A stretch of 21,170 bases of DNA from an uncultured Chthoniobacteraceae bacterium (GTDB lineage Bacteria > Verrucomicrobiota > Verrucomicrobiia > Chthoniobacterales > Chthoniobacteraceae): the NCBI GenBank assembly GCA_964235505.1, contig CAXSDZ010000045.1, positions 1 to 21,170 on the forward strand, in the 5' to 3' direction. The first letter of the stretch is position 1, and every line of letters begins with the position of its first letter. Below are positions 8,353-16,142 of this stretch, piece after piece. The translations under genes were made by a program, and so were the position numbers. Below the pieces are notes generated by a model. The model was not told where the DNA came from and searched no databases. It was given only the letters and a program-made list of their open reading frames with translations.

Positions 8353-8568
8353 GAGTCGCGCAGCGACGGCAAGAGAATAGCCCAGCACTTCAGTGCTGGG
8401 TCTTTGTATGCAAGAGCGCGAGTCGCGGAGCGACGAAAGAGATTCACGGCGCGGCGTTTCTTTCGTCGCTGCGCGACTCGCGCCCTCTCGATTTGGGCAC
8501 CCAGCACAGAAGTGCTGGGCTATTCTCTTGCCGTCGCTGCGCGACTCACGGCTGCGCGACTCACGACG
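8353..8568. repeat. nested palindromic intergenic element (48-bp outer IRs with hairpin tips, 23-bp inner IRs, plus extra core copies)
   Basis: The outer arm 8353-8400 gagtcgcgcagcgacggcaagagaatagcccagcacttcagtgctggg is the reverse complement of 8500-8547 with 1 mismatch in 48. Each tip (cccagcacttcagtgctggg) is itself an 8-bp hairpin. The inner arm 8418-8440 gcgagtcgcggagcgacgaaaga is the reverse complement of 8459-8481 with 1 mismatch in 23. All four arms share a GAGTCGCG(C/G)AGCGACG core, and two more partial cores (gcgcgactcacg x2) lie at 8541-8568. Confidence 0.7.
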
Positions 8569-8634
8569 AGATGGCGACCGCCAACACGCTCCCACGCGGC
8601 ACAAACGCTCTGCCGCTGAACGCTCCACTTTGCT

Positions 8635-9744
8635 TCAAACCGAAATCCGCCGCGCCCGCGCCGTGATCGGCCAGCACTCGCGCGCGATCCCCTGCTCCAC
8701 GATCCACGCCTCGCTGTGCAGCGCCACCGTGGGGCAGATGTGGCGCGGGATTCCATGCAGGCAATCACCCACCCGGAACTCGCCCGCGCGCGGCATCTCC
8801 ACCACGAGATGCTCTTCGCTATGCATCACCGGCACAGCATCGGGAAGCTCCAGCAGCCGCACGCGCGGATGCGGGCTTTCGGAGGCCACCGCTTTGTGCC
8901 CGAGGTCGAGGCAAAGCCGGTCCGCGCCGGGCTTTGAAATGACGCGCGTGAGCAGCACTGCGGCAGGCTCAAACGGCAGATCGACGAACTTGTCGCCGTA
9001 GCCGAAATCCCACAGCACGCACGTGCCGGGACTCAGCTCGCGGTCCGCGTGCCGGGCGTGGATGGCGAAAGTCGGCGTGCCTCCCGCGACGAGGCGCGGC
9101 ACTGGGATCCGGAGCGAGGCGAGGCTTTTCCACAGCGTGAGCACGGGCGCAAACGCCGCATCGCACTGCGCGGTGCGCGCGGCGACATCCGGCTCGTCCA
9201 TGTGCCCGTCATAGGCGTGGAGGCCGCCTGTCCGCAGGCCGCGCGTTTCCGCGATGAGCCGATAAAGCCGCACCGCCTCCTGTCGCGGCGCGATGCCAGT
9301 GCGACCCATGCCGCAGTCGAGGTCGAGGAGCACATCGAGCGGAAAGCCCGCGCGCTCCGCCGCCGCGCCCAGCGCGCGAATGGTTTCCTCCGAATCCGCC
9401 ACGGTCGAAAACTGCGTCCCGGCAAACCGGCGCTGCAATTCCACGAGCCGCTCCGCCGTCGGACCGACCGGCGGAAATGCCAGCAGCACATCCGGCGCTC
9501 CTGCCGCCGCCGTCATCTCCGCTTCCGCGATCGTGGCGCACTTGTATTTGGTAATCCCGAGCGCGAGCTGCATGGCGACGATTGGGGCGAGCTTGTGCGT
9601 CTTCACGTGCGGACGCAGCCGCTCCGGCCCGCCTGCGATGGCGAGCATGCGGCGGAGGTTTCCCTCTACTCGCTCACGGAAAAGGAGCAGCGCGGGCGAA
9701 GCGATCTCCGCTTCGTTTCCGATCGCAAACCAGGGCTCGTTCAC
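8635..9744 (-). CDS. DSD1/D-threonine aldolase-family PLP-dependent enzyme (alanine-racemase-like N-terminal domain; D-serine deaminase-like)
   Basis: A 369-aa ORF with RLRPHVKTHK (the PLP-lysine motif of the DSD1 / D-TA family), a central barrel (YDGHMD, VAGGTPTF) and a C-terminal β-domain with GIPRHICPTV. Its start overlaps the ridA stop by 4 nt. Confidence 0.8.
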   Translation of the reverse strand: MNEPWFAIGNEAEIASPALLLFRERVEGNLRRMLAIAGGPERLRPHVKTHKLAPIVAMQLALGITKYKCATIAEAEMTAAAGAPDVLLAFPPVGPTAERLVELQRRFAGTQFSTVADSEETIRALGAAAERAGFPLDVLLDLDCGMGRTGIAPRQEAVRLYRLIAETRGLRTGGLHAYDGHMDEPDVAARTAQCDAAFAPVLTLWKSLASLRIPVPRLVAGGTPTFAIHARHADRELSPGTCVLWDFGYGDKFVDLPFEPAAVLLTRVISKPGADRLCLDLGHKAVASESPHPRVRLLELPDAVPVMHSEEHLVVEMPRAGEFRVGDCLHGIPRHICPTVALHSEAWIVEQGIARECWPITARARRISV

Positions 9745-10211
9745 AGCTCGGGATGAAGTTCGAAGATCGCCTCGATTTCCACCGCGATGCCCCCGGGCAG
9801 CGCGACCATCCCGACTGCGCTGCGCGCCCCGACCCCATCGTCCGCACCCCAGATTTCCGCGAAGAGCTCGCTGCAGCCGTTGATAACTTTTGGGTGCTCC
9901 AGAAACTCCGGGTCGGACTGCACCATGCCGAGCAGCTTCACCACGCGCCGCACCCGATCCAGTGAGCCGAGCTGCGCCCGCAGCGTGGCCACGATCCCGA
10001 GCCCCACCTGCCGCGCCGCGGCGTGCCCATCCTCCAGCGAAAGCTCGCGCCCGACGACGCCCGTGATGAGCGTCTTATCCGCGCGCAAAGGGCCGTGGCC
10101 GGAGACGTAGGCCATGCGATCCACAACCACGAGGGGCTTGTAAACGCCCATCGGTTTTGGGGCGGGCGGCAGGGTGAGATCGAGCTCAGCTATACGTTGT
10201 TCGGGAGTCAT
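9741..10211 (-). CDS. RidA-family protein (YjgF/TdcF-like reactive-intermediate deaminase fold)
   Basis: Internal start MTPEQRIAELDLTLP, 14 codons inside track ORF 9741..10253, giving 156 aa. It has the ...YVSGHGP... core and a ...AVEIEAIFEL C-terminus typical of Rid-family members. An ATGA overlap couples it to the downstream DSD1-family gene. Confidence 0.7.
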   Translation of the reverse strand: MTPEQRIAELDLTLPPAPKPMGVYKPLVVVDRMAYVSGHGPLRADKTLITGVVGRELSLEDGHAAARQVGLGIVATLRAQLGSLDRVRRVVKLLGMVQSDPEFLEHPKVINGCSELFAEIWGADDGVGARSAVGMVALPGGIAVEIEAIFELHPEL

Positions 10212-10379
10212 GCGGGTTTGTTGAAAGGAGGCATCCTGCCGCGAGTCGCGCATAGCGTGCGAGCACGGTTCGCACGGGAATGGCGCGGGCGGGCACCGTG
10301 GACAAAACGCTTCCGTTTCCGCCCGCCGTCACCCAAAGAAGACAGCTCACTGTATTCAGCCGACTCCCCATTTTCCACC

Positions 10380-11765
10380 ATGCGCCGACGTTCCTTTCTC
10401 ATCTTCCTTGGCCTCAGCTTCGCGAGCCTTTCCGCCTTTGCCGACCGGGCTCCGACGACCAAACCCGCCGACCCCTTCTTCGCGAAGTTTGATCCTCGTC
10501 CGACACCCGCGCCATCTGGGCTGCTGCTGAAAACCGGCGACCGCCTCGCGATCGTCGGCGACTCGATCACGGAGCAGAAGCTGTATTCGCGGATGATGGA
10601 GACGTATCTCACCGTTTGCGTGCCGGAGCTGGAAATCACGGCGCGGCAATACGGCTGGAGCGGCGAAACGGCGGAAGGATTTCTGCGGCGGATGAAGGAC
10701 GATTGCCTGCGCTTTTCGCCGACGATCGCGACGACGTGCTACGGCATGAACGATCACCGCTACCGCCCTTACGATGAGGCGAACGGGCAGTGGTATCGCG
10801 CAAACCAGAGCGCGATCGTGGATGCGTTTCAGCAGGCCGGAGCGCGCGTGGTGCTCGGCTCGCCAGGCTGCGTCGGCAAGATGCCGAGCTGGGTGAAAAC
10901 TGCGACCGGAACGGTAGAGGATTTGAACCTCAACCTTTGCCAGCTCCGCAACATCGACATCGAGATCGCGGGGCAAAAGAAGGCGGCATTTGCCGATGTT
11001 TTCTGGCCGATGTTCACCGCCGGATTCGCCGCGCGGCAGCAGCATGGCCCGGACTTTTGCGTCGAAGGAAAAGACGGCGTGCATCCCGGCTGGGCGGGGC
11101 AAACCGTGATGGCTTACGCGTTCCTGAAAGCGATGGGCGTGAGTGGCGACATTGGGACGATCAGCATCGACTTGGGCACGAACGAAGCGACCGCATCCGC
11201 CGGCCATAAGGTCTTCGGATTTGAAGACAACGAGCTGAAGATCGAGAGCCATCGCTACCCATACTGCGCGCCTGCCGGAGATCCCGCGCAGGACAACAAC
11301 ATCCGCGCCGGCATGGCGCTGGTCCCTTTCAATGAAGACCTGAATCGCTTCGTGCTCGTGGCGAAGGGCGGCAAGGCGGCGAGCTACAAAGTGACGTGGG
11401 GCAATGAAACGCGCAGCTACTCCGCCGAGGCGCTTGGAAGGGGCATCAACCTCGCTGCGGATTTTGCCGTCAATCCGTTCTCCGAGACGTTTGGGAAAGT
11501 CGAAGCCGCGGTCTCGGCGAAGCAGTCTTACGAGACGAAGCAGATCAAACAAATCTTCCACGAGCTGCTTAGCGGAAAGTGGAAGACGCTGGAGGAAGTA
11601 AAGGATCCCGAGATGCGCGAGCTTTTCGCTCTGCGCGATGCCGAGGGGAAGCCCGACCGCGAGGCGGTCGTGCAGGCGACCGAAGCCAAACGCGCTCCGC
11701 TCGCTGCGGCGATCAAGACTGCGTTTGTGCCAGTGACGCACACGATCAAGATCACCGCAGAGTGA
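10380..11765 (+). CDS. secreted SGNH/GDSL-family hydrolase with a C-terminal extension domain
   Basis: Start MRRRSFLIFLGLSFASLSAFA (signal peptide), 119 codons inside track ORF 10023..11765, giving 461 aa. It has GDS(L) block I (LAIVGDSITEQ), block III GxND (CYGMNDH), and a catalytic D-x-x-H (DGVHPGWAG). The coextensive 461-aa antisense ORF 10356..11741 is Arg-rich junk. Confidence 0.7.
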   Translation: MRRRSFLIFLGLSFASLSAFADRAPTTKPADPFFAKFDPRPTPAPSGLLLKTGDRLAIVGDSITEQKLYSRMMETYLTVCVPELEITARQYGWSGETAEGFLRRMKDDCLRFSPTIATTCYGMNDHRYRPYDEANGQWYRANQSAIVDAFQQAGARVVLGSPGCVGKMPSWVKTATGTVEDLNLNLCQLRNIDIEIAGQKKAAFADVFWPMFTAGFAARQQHGPDFCVEGKDGVHPGWAGQTVMAYAFLKAMGVSGDIGTISIDLGTNEATASAGHKVFGFEDNELKIESHRYPYCAPAGDPAQDNNIRAGMALVPFNEDLNRFVLVAKGGKAASYKVTWGNETRSYSAEALGRGINLAADFAVNPFSETFGKVEAAVSAKQSYETKQIKQIFHELLSGKWKTLEEVKDPEMRELFALRDAEGKPDREAVVQATEAKRAPLAAAIKTAFVPVTHTIKITAE

Positions 11766-11781
11766 CGTCCTGAAACGAGAA

Positions 11782-11810
11782 ACCCTCCGCCGCGAGATGC
11801 GGCGGAGGGT
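11782..11810. terminator. bidirectional intrinsic terminator between the convergent SGNH hydrolase and flotillin genes
   Basis: accctccgccgc-gagat-gcggcggagggt forms a perfect 12-bp GC-rich stem with a 5-nt loop. It is flanked by gaaacgagaa upstream (U-rich on the minus-strand RNA: uucucguuuc) and tatgatt downstream. It lies 17 nt after the SGNH stop and 19 nt after the flotillin stop. Confidence 0.6.
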
Positions 11811-11828
11811 TATGATTGAGCAGGTGGA

Positions 11829-13841
11829 TTACCCGACAGTGGCTGCGGTTTTCTCGAGGCCCGCCGCCGTCACCCGAGCGCCTTCCTTGGCGATCTTCTC
11901 CAGCCCTTCCACGTGGGCGGGCTCGGTAATTTGCAGCCCGGCTTTTTCCGCGACGAGCATGCCGAGCAATGTTTGCAGCACGCTCGTCTGCCCCTCGCCA
12001 TCACCGCCATTGATGAACACGCGCTCCGGCACGAGCGGTTGTTTGGAATTCGCGAAGCGCTCCGCGAGGTCGCGCAGGGCGAAGAGGCGCGGGTCGCCGT
12101 AGGCCTTGATCTTTTGCAGGAAGACCGTGGCCTCGGCCATACCAACCTGCGTGATCTTTGCGGCCTCGCCTTCACCTTCCAGCTTCTGCGCCTGCGCGCG
12201 GCCTTCGGCGATTGCGATCTCGCGTTTCGCCATGCGGTGCGCCTCGGCGAGCTGCGCTTCGGCGCGGTTGGTGGCGACTTCGATTTCCACTTTTGACTGC
12301 GTCAGCTCCGCCTGTTTTCCGGCGACAGCGCGGGCTTCTTCCAGCGTCCGCAGATGCGTCACGGCTTCCTGCTGTTTCGCGTAAGTCTCGCGCTGTTCTT
12401 CCGCGAGACGGCGTGTGCGGAGTTGGTCGAAGAGCTTCTCGATCGGATCATTTGCCGCATCGAGCGTCTTGCTCTCCGGGCGGCCGATGAGGACCGCCAC
12501 GCAGTTGATGTCGAAGTCCTGAAACCGGCGCCCGAGCTCGACCGTCGCGCGTTTCTGGATTTCTTCGCGATGCGTGAGCAGCTCCAGCATCGTCGCACTT
12601 TGCGCCACGTCGCGGAAATACGCGGTGAGGATCGGGTCGAGCGTCTGCGTGATGAGCCGCTTCACGTCGCCGAAGCGCTGCACGACGGACGGAGCTTTTT
12701 GGTAGTCGATGTGCAGCACGAGCGAGAGCGGCAGCAGCGGCTCATAGCCGTCCGTGGTGATGATCTCGATGGTCGAGAGCTGGTCGTCGTAGCGGTGATT
12801 TTCCGTCTGCCCGGTGATCCAGCGCAGGACGAAGTTCACCGTCGGCACGTGCTCGATTTTCACCGCATACGGATTCAGCGCGTATTTGCCCGGCGTGAGC
12901 GCGTGCTTCCACACGCCCTTCTCGCCCGAGTTCACCTGCTCGCCGTAGCGGAAGTTCGCGCCCGTGGTGTCGAGACCGGTCGCGCCGTAGTAGGAAACGA
13001 CGACGCCGACGTAACCGATCGGGATGAGTGTTTTCTGCGAAAGCTCCATCGTCGCGAACCAGCGATTGATGAAGAACGTGCCGTCCGTGAGCACCTGGAG
13101 CTGGCGTCCGCGGCAGCCGCCATTCGCGAGGAATGTCTCGGCGTCCTGAAAGTAGTTGTGATCCGCCGCGATGGCCGGCGCGATGATTTCGCCGGCGGGA
13201 ATCGTCGGCCCATCATGCACGGAGACGACGCCGATCAGGTCGATCGGGTGGCCTTCCGCATCCACGCCCGATCCGATGACGACCGGGCGATACGCATCAA
13301 GTTCCGACAGCTCGCGCTGCCACTGCGCGTAGGCGGGATTTTCATCGAGCGAGTAGATCTGCGTCTCGGTGAGCACGACGAAGAGCGCCGTGTTGATGGC
13401 ATACACGCCCTCGCGCAGGATCGCGCGCTGGCGTCCGCGCTGGCCGCCGTTCGCAAGGAAAAGCTCGGCATCCTGGAAGTGATTGCATGCGATCGTCGCG
13501 CCGAGTGTTTGCGTCGCCTCCAGCGGCGAACCGCCACGCGCATACACATAGCCGATGCGGCCTTCCGCCACCGTCACAAGCGGCACCTTGTGGATGCGGT
13601 ATTGCCACGGGAAGAGCCCGAAGTGCATGCCTCCGCGCAGCAGCCGCGCCTGGATGCCGGCCTCGCCGCTGAGCGCGATGATGCGGCCTTCTGCGAGCGA
13701 ACCGCGCGAGCTCCAGAGCTTCTCGATGAGGCCGAGGCGCGTGTGCGGGATGTAGATGACGCCGAGCAGTCGCGGCAGGCACATGGCCAGCACGACCAGG
13801 GCAAGGGCGACAAGCGCCCAGATGATGAGTGAGGTAGTCAT
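11829..13841 (-). CDS. flotillin-family SPFH/band-7 protein (YqiK-like), N-terminal TM anchor
   Basis: Internal start MTTSLIIWALVALALVVLAMCLP (TM helix), 31 codons inside track ORF 11829..13934, giving 670 aa. It has an SPFH core followed by a long Ala/Glu/Gln-rich coiled-coil (EA-repeat) region typical of flotillins. The N-terminal region contains a duplicated (H/Y)FQDAE(L/T)FLANGG(Q/C)RGRQ motif. Confidence 0.8.
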   Translation of the reverse strand: MTTSLIIWALVALALVVLAMCLPRLLGVIYIPHTRLGLIEKLWSSRGSLAEGRIIALSGEAGIQARLLRGGMHFGLFPWQYRIHKVPLVTVAEGRIGYVYARGGSPLEATQTLGATIACNHFQDAELFLANGGQRGRQRAILREGVYAINTALFVVLTETQIYSLDENPAYAQWQRELSELDAYRPVVIGSGVDAEGHPIDLIGVVSVHDGPTIPAGEIIAPAIAADHNYFQDAETFLANGGCRGRQLQVLTDGTFFINRWFATMELSQKTLIPIGYVGVVVSYYGATGLDTTGANFRYGEQVNSGEKGVWKHALTPGKYALNPYAVKIEHVPTVNFVLRWITGQTENHRYDDQLSTIEIITTDGYEPLLPLSLVLHIDYQKAPSVVQRFGDVKRLITQTLDPILTAYFRDVAQSATMLELLTHREEIQKRATVELGRRFQDFDINCVAVLIGRPESKTLDAANDPIEKLFDQLRTRRLAEEQRETYAKQQEAVTHLRTLEEARAVAGKQAELTQSKVEIEVATNRAEAQLAEAHRMAKREIAIAEGRAQAQKLEGEGEAAKITQVGMAEATVFLQKIKAYGDPRLFALRDLAERFANSKQPLVPERVFINGGDGEGQTSVLQTLLGMLVAEKAGLQITEPAHVEGLEKIAKEGARVTAAGLEKTAATVG

Positions 13842-14127
13842 TGGTTTTGGTGTTTTGGTGTCCAGCGAGACATGCCCGACCGGCGGGATGCCGGTGAGCG
13901 GGCAGAAGACTCCTCGTGCCAGAGGAGGCTTCATTCCGGGGCGCTGGAGCCCCGAAAAGTGGTCAGCGCGCGACGGGCGCGAGAGCTTGGAAAAAGGCCG
14001 GGGAAAGTGCCGCCGGGCTGCCGGCTGCGGGGACCGCGAACGAAGGGTTCACGGCGGGGACTCTCGGACTCGGGCGTGTTTGTGTCAAGCCAAGCCGGGC
14101 AGCGGGCGCGTCTTCATCTGGAAACCA

Positions 14128-14170
14128 GGAAGCTAGGATGGGGTTATTCCATCCTGGCTTCCTAGCTTCC
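14128..14170. other. strong hairpin with a competing alternative pairing, in the divergent leader
   Basis: ggaagctaggatgg (14128-14141), loop ggttatt, ccatcctggcttcc (14149-14162) form a 14-bp stem: 13 Watson-Crick pairs plus one G·U. The following tagcttcc (14163-14170) can instead pair perfectly with ggaagcta (14128-14135), so the two structures are mutually exclusive. Confidence 0.5.
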
Positions 14171-14261
14171 AGATTCCGACTCAGGGCAAAATCCAGTCGC
14201 GGCTATGGCAGGAGCGCTTCCTTTCGACGTTCAGCATTCGCCCGTCGTCGCAGCCGTCTGC

Positions 14262-14310
14262 TTCACCTCTTCTTCATGATGAATTCATGCGCCCTTCGCA
14301 CGCGCTTCAC
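14262..14310 (+). promoter_or_regulatory. putative CreB-binding array: five TTCAC-like pentamers at exact 11-bp spacing (cre-tag-like)
   Basis: TTCAC ctcttc TTCAT gatgaa TTCAT gcgccc TTCGC acgcgc TTCAC, at 14262, 14273, 14284, 14295 and 14306. The E. coli CreB consensus is TTCACnnnnnnTTCAC. The array sits 24-72 nt upstream of the ATG at 14334. Confidence 0.55.
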
Positions 14311-14333
14311 AGGCGTGCGCCAGCGTCTGGCTC

Positions 14334-16088
14334 ATGACATCACCGACGCCCTTCCGCTTCGCACTCACCCTCCCGGTCCTTTGCCTCTGCGCTTCCACCT
14401 TCGCCGCTGACCTGCCAAAATCAGCCGCACTGGATGAGCCCTCCAGCGCCGAGCTTGGCCGCGCCTTCGTTACCATTCCCTACTCCGAGCTGCGCGCGCT
14501 GTGGGAAGCCGGGAAAGCTGCAAAAGACCACGCGCCGAAGCCGGAGCCCGAGCCGCCCGTCGGCTGGATCATCGATTCTGCGGAGTGCCATCTGCAGCTC
14601 GGCGAAGCCGCCAGCACGCTCGATGCGACCTTCGACATCCATGCGCTCCGCGATGACTGGCAAAGCATCCCGCTGCTCGGCGGCGACACGACGCTGAGCA
14701 GCGCGGAAGCCGGCGAGCTGCCGGTGGTTTGGGCAAAGGACGGCTACGCGCTGCTCGCCCGCAAACCCGGAAAAACACGCGCCACGCTGCACATGGCAGG
14801 GAGCGGCACGAGTGCTCTCAGCCGCAGCGTGGAAGGGCTGCAATGGACGCTGCCGAGCGCCACCGAAAAACGCCTGCTCGTCTCCAGCATTCCCGCTGGG
14901 ATGGAAGTGCGCGTGAATGGAAAACCCGCCGCCGAGGTGAAGGATGGCACCGCGCTTTTCTCCCTCGCGAGCAACGCCGGCGCCGTCGCGGTGCAGCTAG
15001 CCGCGGCACGCATCGACGCTCCAGTGCAGCCGAGCCGCTGGCGGGTGGAGGCACAGCTCCTGGCGCGGGAAGCGGAGGGTCGCCTCGCGATCCAGAGCCG
15101 CGTCTTTGCTCGCGCCGAGAATGGCTCCGGCATCGCGATGGAGCTCACGCTGCCAGCGGGTGCGGCGTCCATCACCGCAGCAGGCGATGACCTTGCAGAC
15201 TGGAGCATCGGGCGCGCGGAAGACGGCACCCGCCTTCTCCGCGTCCGCTGGAAAACGCCCGACCTGCTGGACCGCCAGCTCACCGTTTCCTACGCCGTGC
15301 CGCAGTCGCCACTCGCCGCGCAGTGGAGGCTGGAAGGCCCGCGCATCGCCGACAGTGCGGAAGCAGCGCGCAACCTGTGGGCGATCATCCCCGCGGAAGG
15401 TCTGGAGCTTCGCGGCCCGGAAGTGAAGTCCGCAGTCGCCGCGCAGCGCCTGCCGCAATGGATGCGCGAGGCAATAGGCGGCGCGGCGTTTCTCACGGCG
15501 GAAGCGGGACCGCAGCTCACGCTGGAGGCGCACTGGCTCCCTGCCATCGCCACGGCTGAGGCGATGGTAACAGAGGCGAAGTGCCACCTCCGCACCGTGG
15601 CCGATGGATCCACGCAAACGACCGCGCAATACAGCATCCGCCACCAGGCACCGCTCGCCTGGCAGCTCGAACTTCCGACTGGCGTGGAAATCCTAACGTG
15701 CCACGTGGCGGGCAAACCAGCGCGTCCGCTTCAGCGCCCCGGCGCCATCGAGCTCCAGCTCCCCGCGCCTGTCGCGAACGCAAAAGAGCCGACAACCATC
15801 ACGCTCGTTTATGCGGCCAAGATTGCGCCCTTCGACCCCGTCTCCGGCCAACTCGCGCTGGAGCTCCCGCGCACCGCGCTCTTCATCGAGCGGCTGGACT
15901 GGACCGTCGCAATCCCGAGCGTTTTCGAGACGACGGCCGTAGCCGGAAACCTCTCCGCAGTGCCCGCACCCACGGACGCTGCGGGCACCGAACGCGACGG
16001 CTCGCTCATCACGCTGCGCAAGGATCTGTGCCGCGGCGAGCGACCTGTCGTCGAGATCTTCTACCAACGCCGCTCGCTCGAAAAGTAA
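14334..16088 (+). CDS. secreted hypothetical protein (584 aa) with internal duplicated β-rich modules; first gene of the cre operon
   Basis: Signal peptide MTSPTPFRFALTLPVLCLCASTFAA. Composition is Ala/Leu/Pro/Glu-rich. There are repeated modules such as LQWTLPSATEKRLLVSSIPAGMEVRVNGKPAAEV and LAWQLELPTGVEILTCHVAGKPARPL. I recognise no catalytic motif. Codon usage is consistent with the neighbours, and the gene is followed after 54 nt by creD. Confidence 0.6.
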   Translation: MTSPTPFRFALTLPVLCLCASTFAADLPKSAALDEPSSAELGRAFVTIPYSELRALWEAGKAAKDHAPKPEPEPPVGWIIDSAECHLQLGEAASTLDATFDIHALRDDWQSIPLLGGDTTLSSAEAGELPVVWAKDGYALLARKPGKTRATLHMAGSGTSALSRSVEGLQWTLPSATEKRLLVSSIPAGMEVRVNGKPAAEVKDGTALFSLASNAGAVAVQLAAARIDAPVQPSRWRVEAQLLAREAEGRLAIQSRVFARAENGSGIAMELTLPAGAASITAAGDDLADWSIGRAEDGTRLLRVRWKTPDLLDRQLTVSYAVPQSPLAAQWRLEGPRIADSAEAARNLWAIIPAEGLELRGPEVKSAVAAQRLPQWMREAIGGAAFLTAEAGPQLTLEAHWLPAIATAEAMVTEAKCHLRTVADGSTQTTAQYSIRHQAPLAWQLELPTGVEILTCHVAGKPARPLQRPGAIELQLPAPVANAKEPTTITLVYAAKIAPFDPVSGQLALELPRTALFIERLDWTVAIPSVFETTAVAGNLSAVPAPTDAAGTERDGSLITLRKDLCRGERPVVEIFYQRRSLEK

Positions 16089-16105
16089 CCGATCCCCATT
16101 GCCGC

Positions 16106-16139
16106 CCACTCAACCTTCAACCCTTACCACTCAACCTTC
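16106..16139 (+). repeat. 13-bp direct repeat ccactcaaccttc x2 (21-bp period) immediately upstream of the creD start
   Basis: Copies at 16106-16118 and 16127-16139. The ATG is at 16143. There is no Shine-Dalgarno sequence. Confidence 0.5.
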
Positions 16140-16142
16140 CCA

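Noticed and set aside
8353-8568. Whether the repeat cluster could be a CRISPR array.
   Set aside because: The repeats are mostly inverted rather than direct and are irregularly spaced with nested symmetry. There are no uniform spacers and no cas genes nearby.
7996-9001. Track ORFs 7996..8628 (-), 8113..8619 (+), 8393..9001 (+) and the first 62 codons of ORF 7089..8507.
   Set aside because: They are read across the nested palindromic element. The mirrored peptide KCWAILLPSLRDS appears in both orientations because of the inverted repeat. The dipeptidase start is placed at the M19 N-terminal motif MRFFDAHLD.
10356-11741. The 461-aa minus-strand ORF, exactly the same length as the SGNH hydrolase.
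   Set aside because: It is a coextensive antisense ORF. It is extremely Arg-rich and has no signal peptide or motifs, whereas the sense frame has a signal peptide and GDS(L), GxND and DxxH blocks.
12354-13832. The 492-aa plus-strand ORF.
   Set aside because: It is antisense to the flotillin gene. The sense frame has the TM helix, SPFH core and coiled-coil expected of flotillins.
13842-14333. Whether the long leader holds SRP RNA, RNase P RNA or tmRNA.
   Set aside because: The hairpin has a superficial aggaagc resemblance to SRP domain IV, and ggaaagtgccgccgggct resembles the RNase P GGAAAGUCCGGGCU box. But the GGAA tetraloop context, the GGUAAGAGCGCACC box and a tRNA-like CCA end are all absent, so neither RNA is supported.
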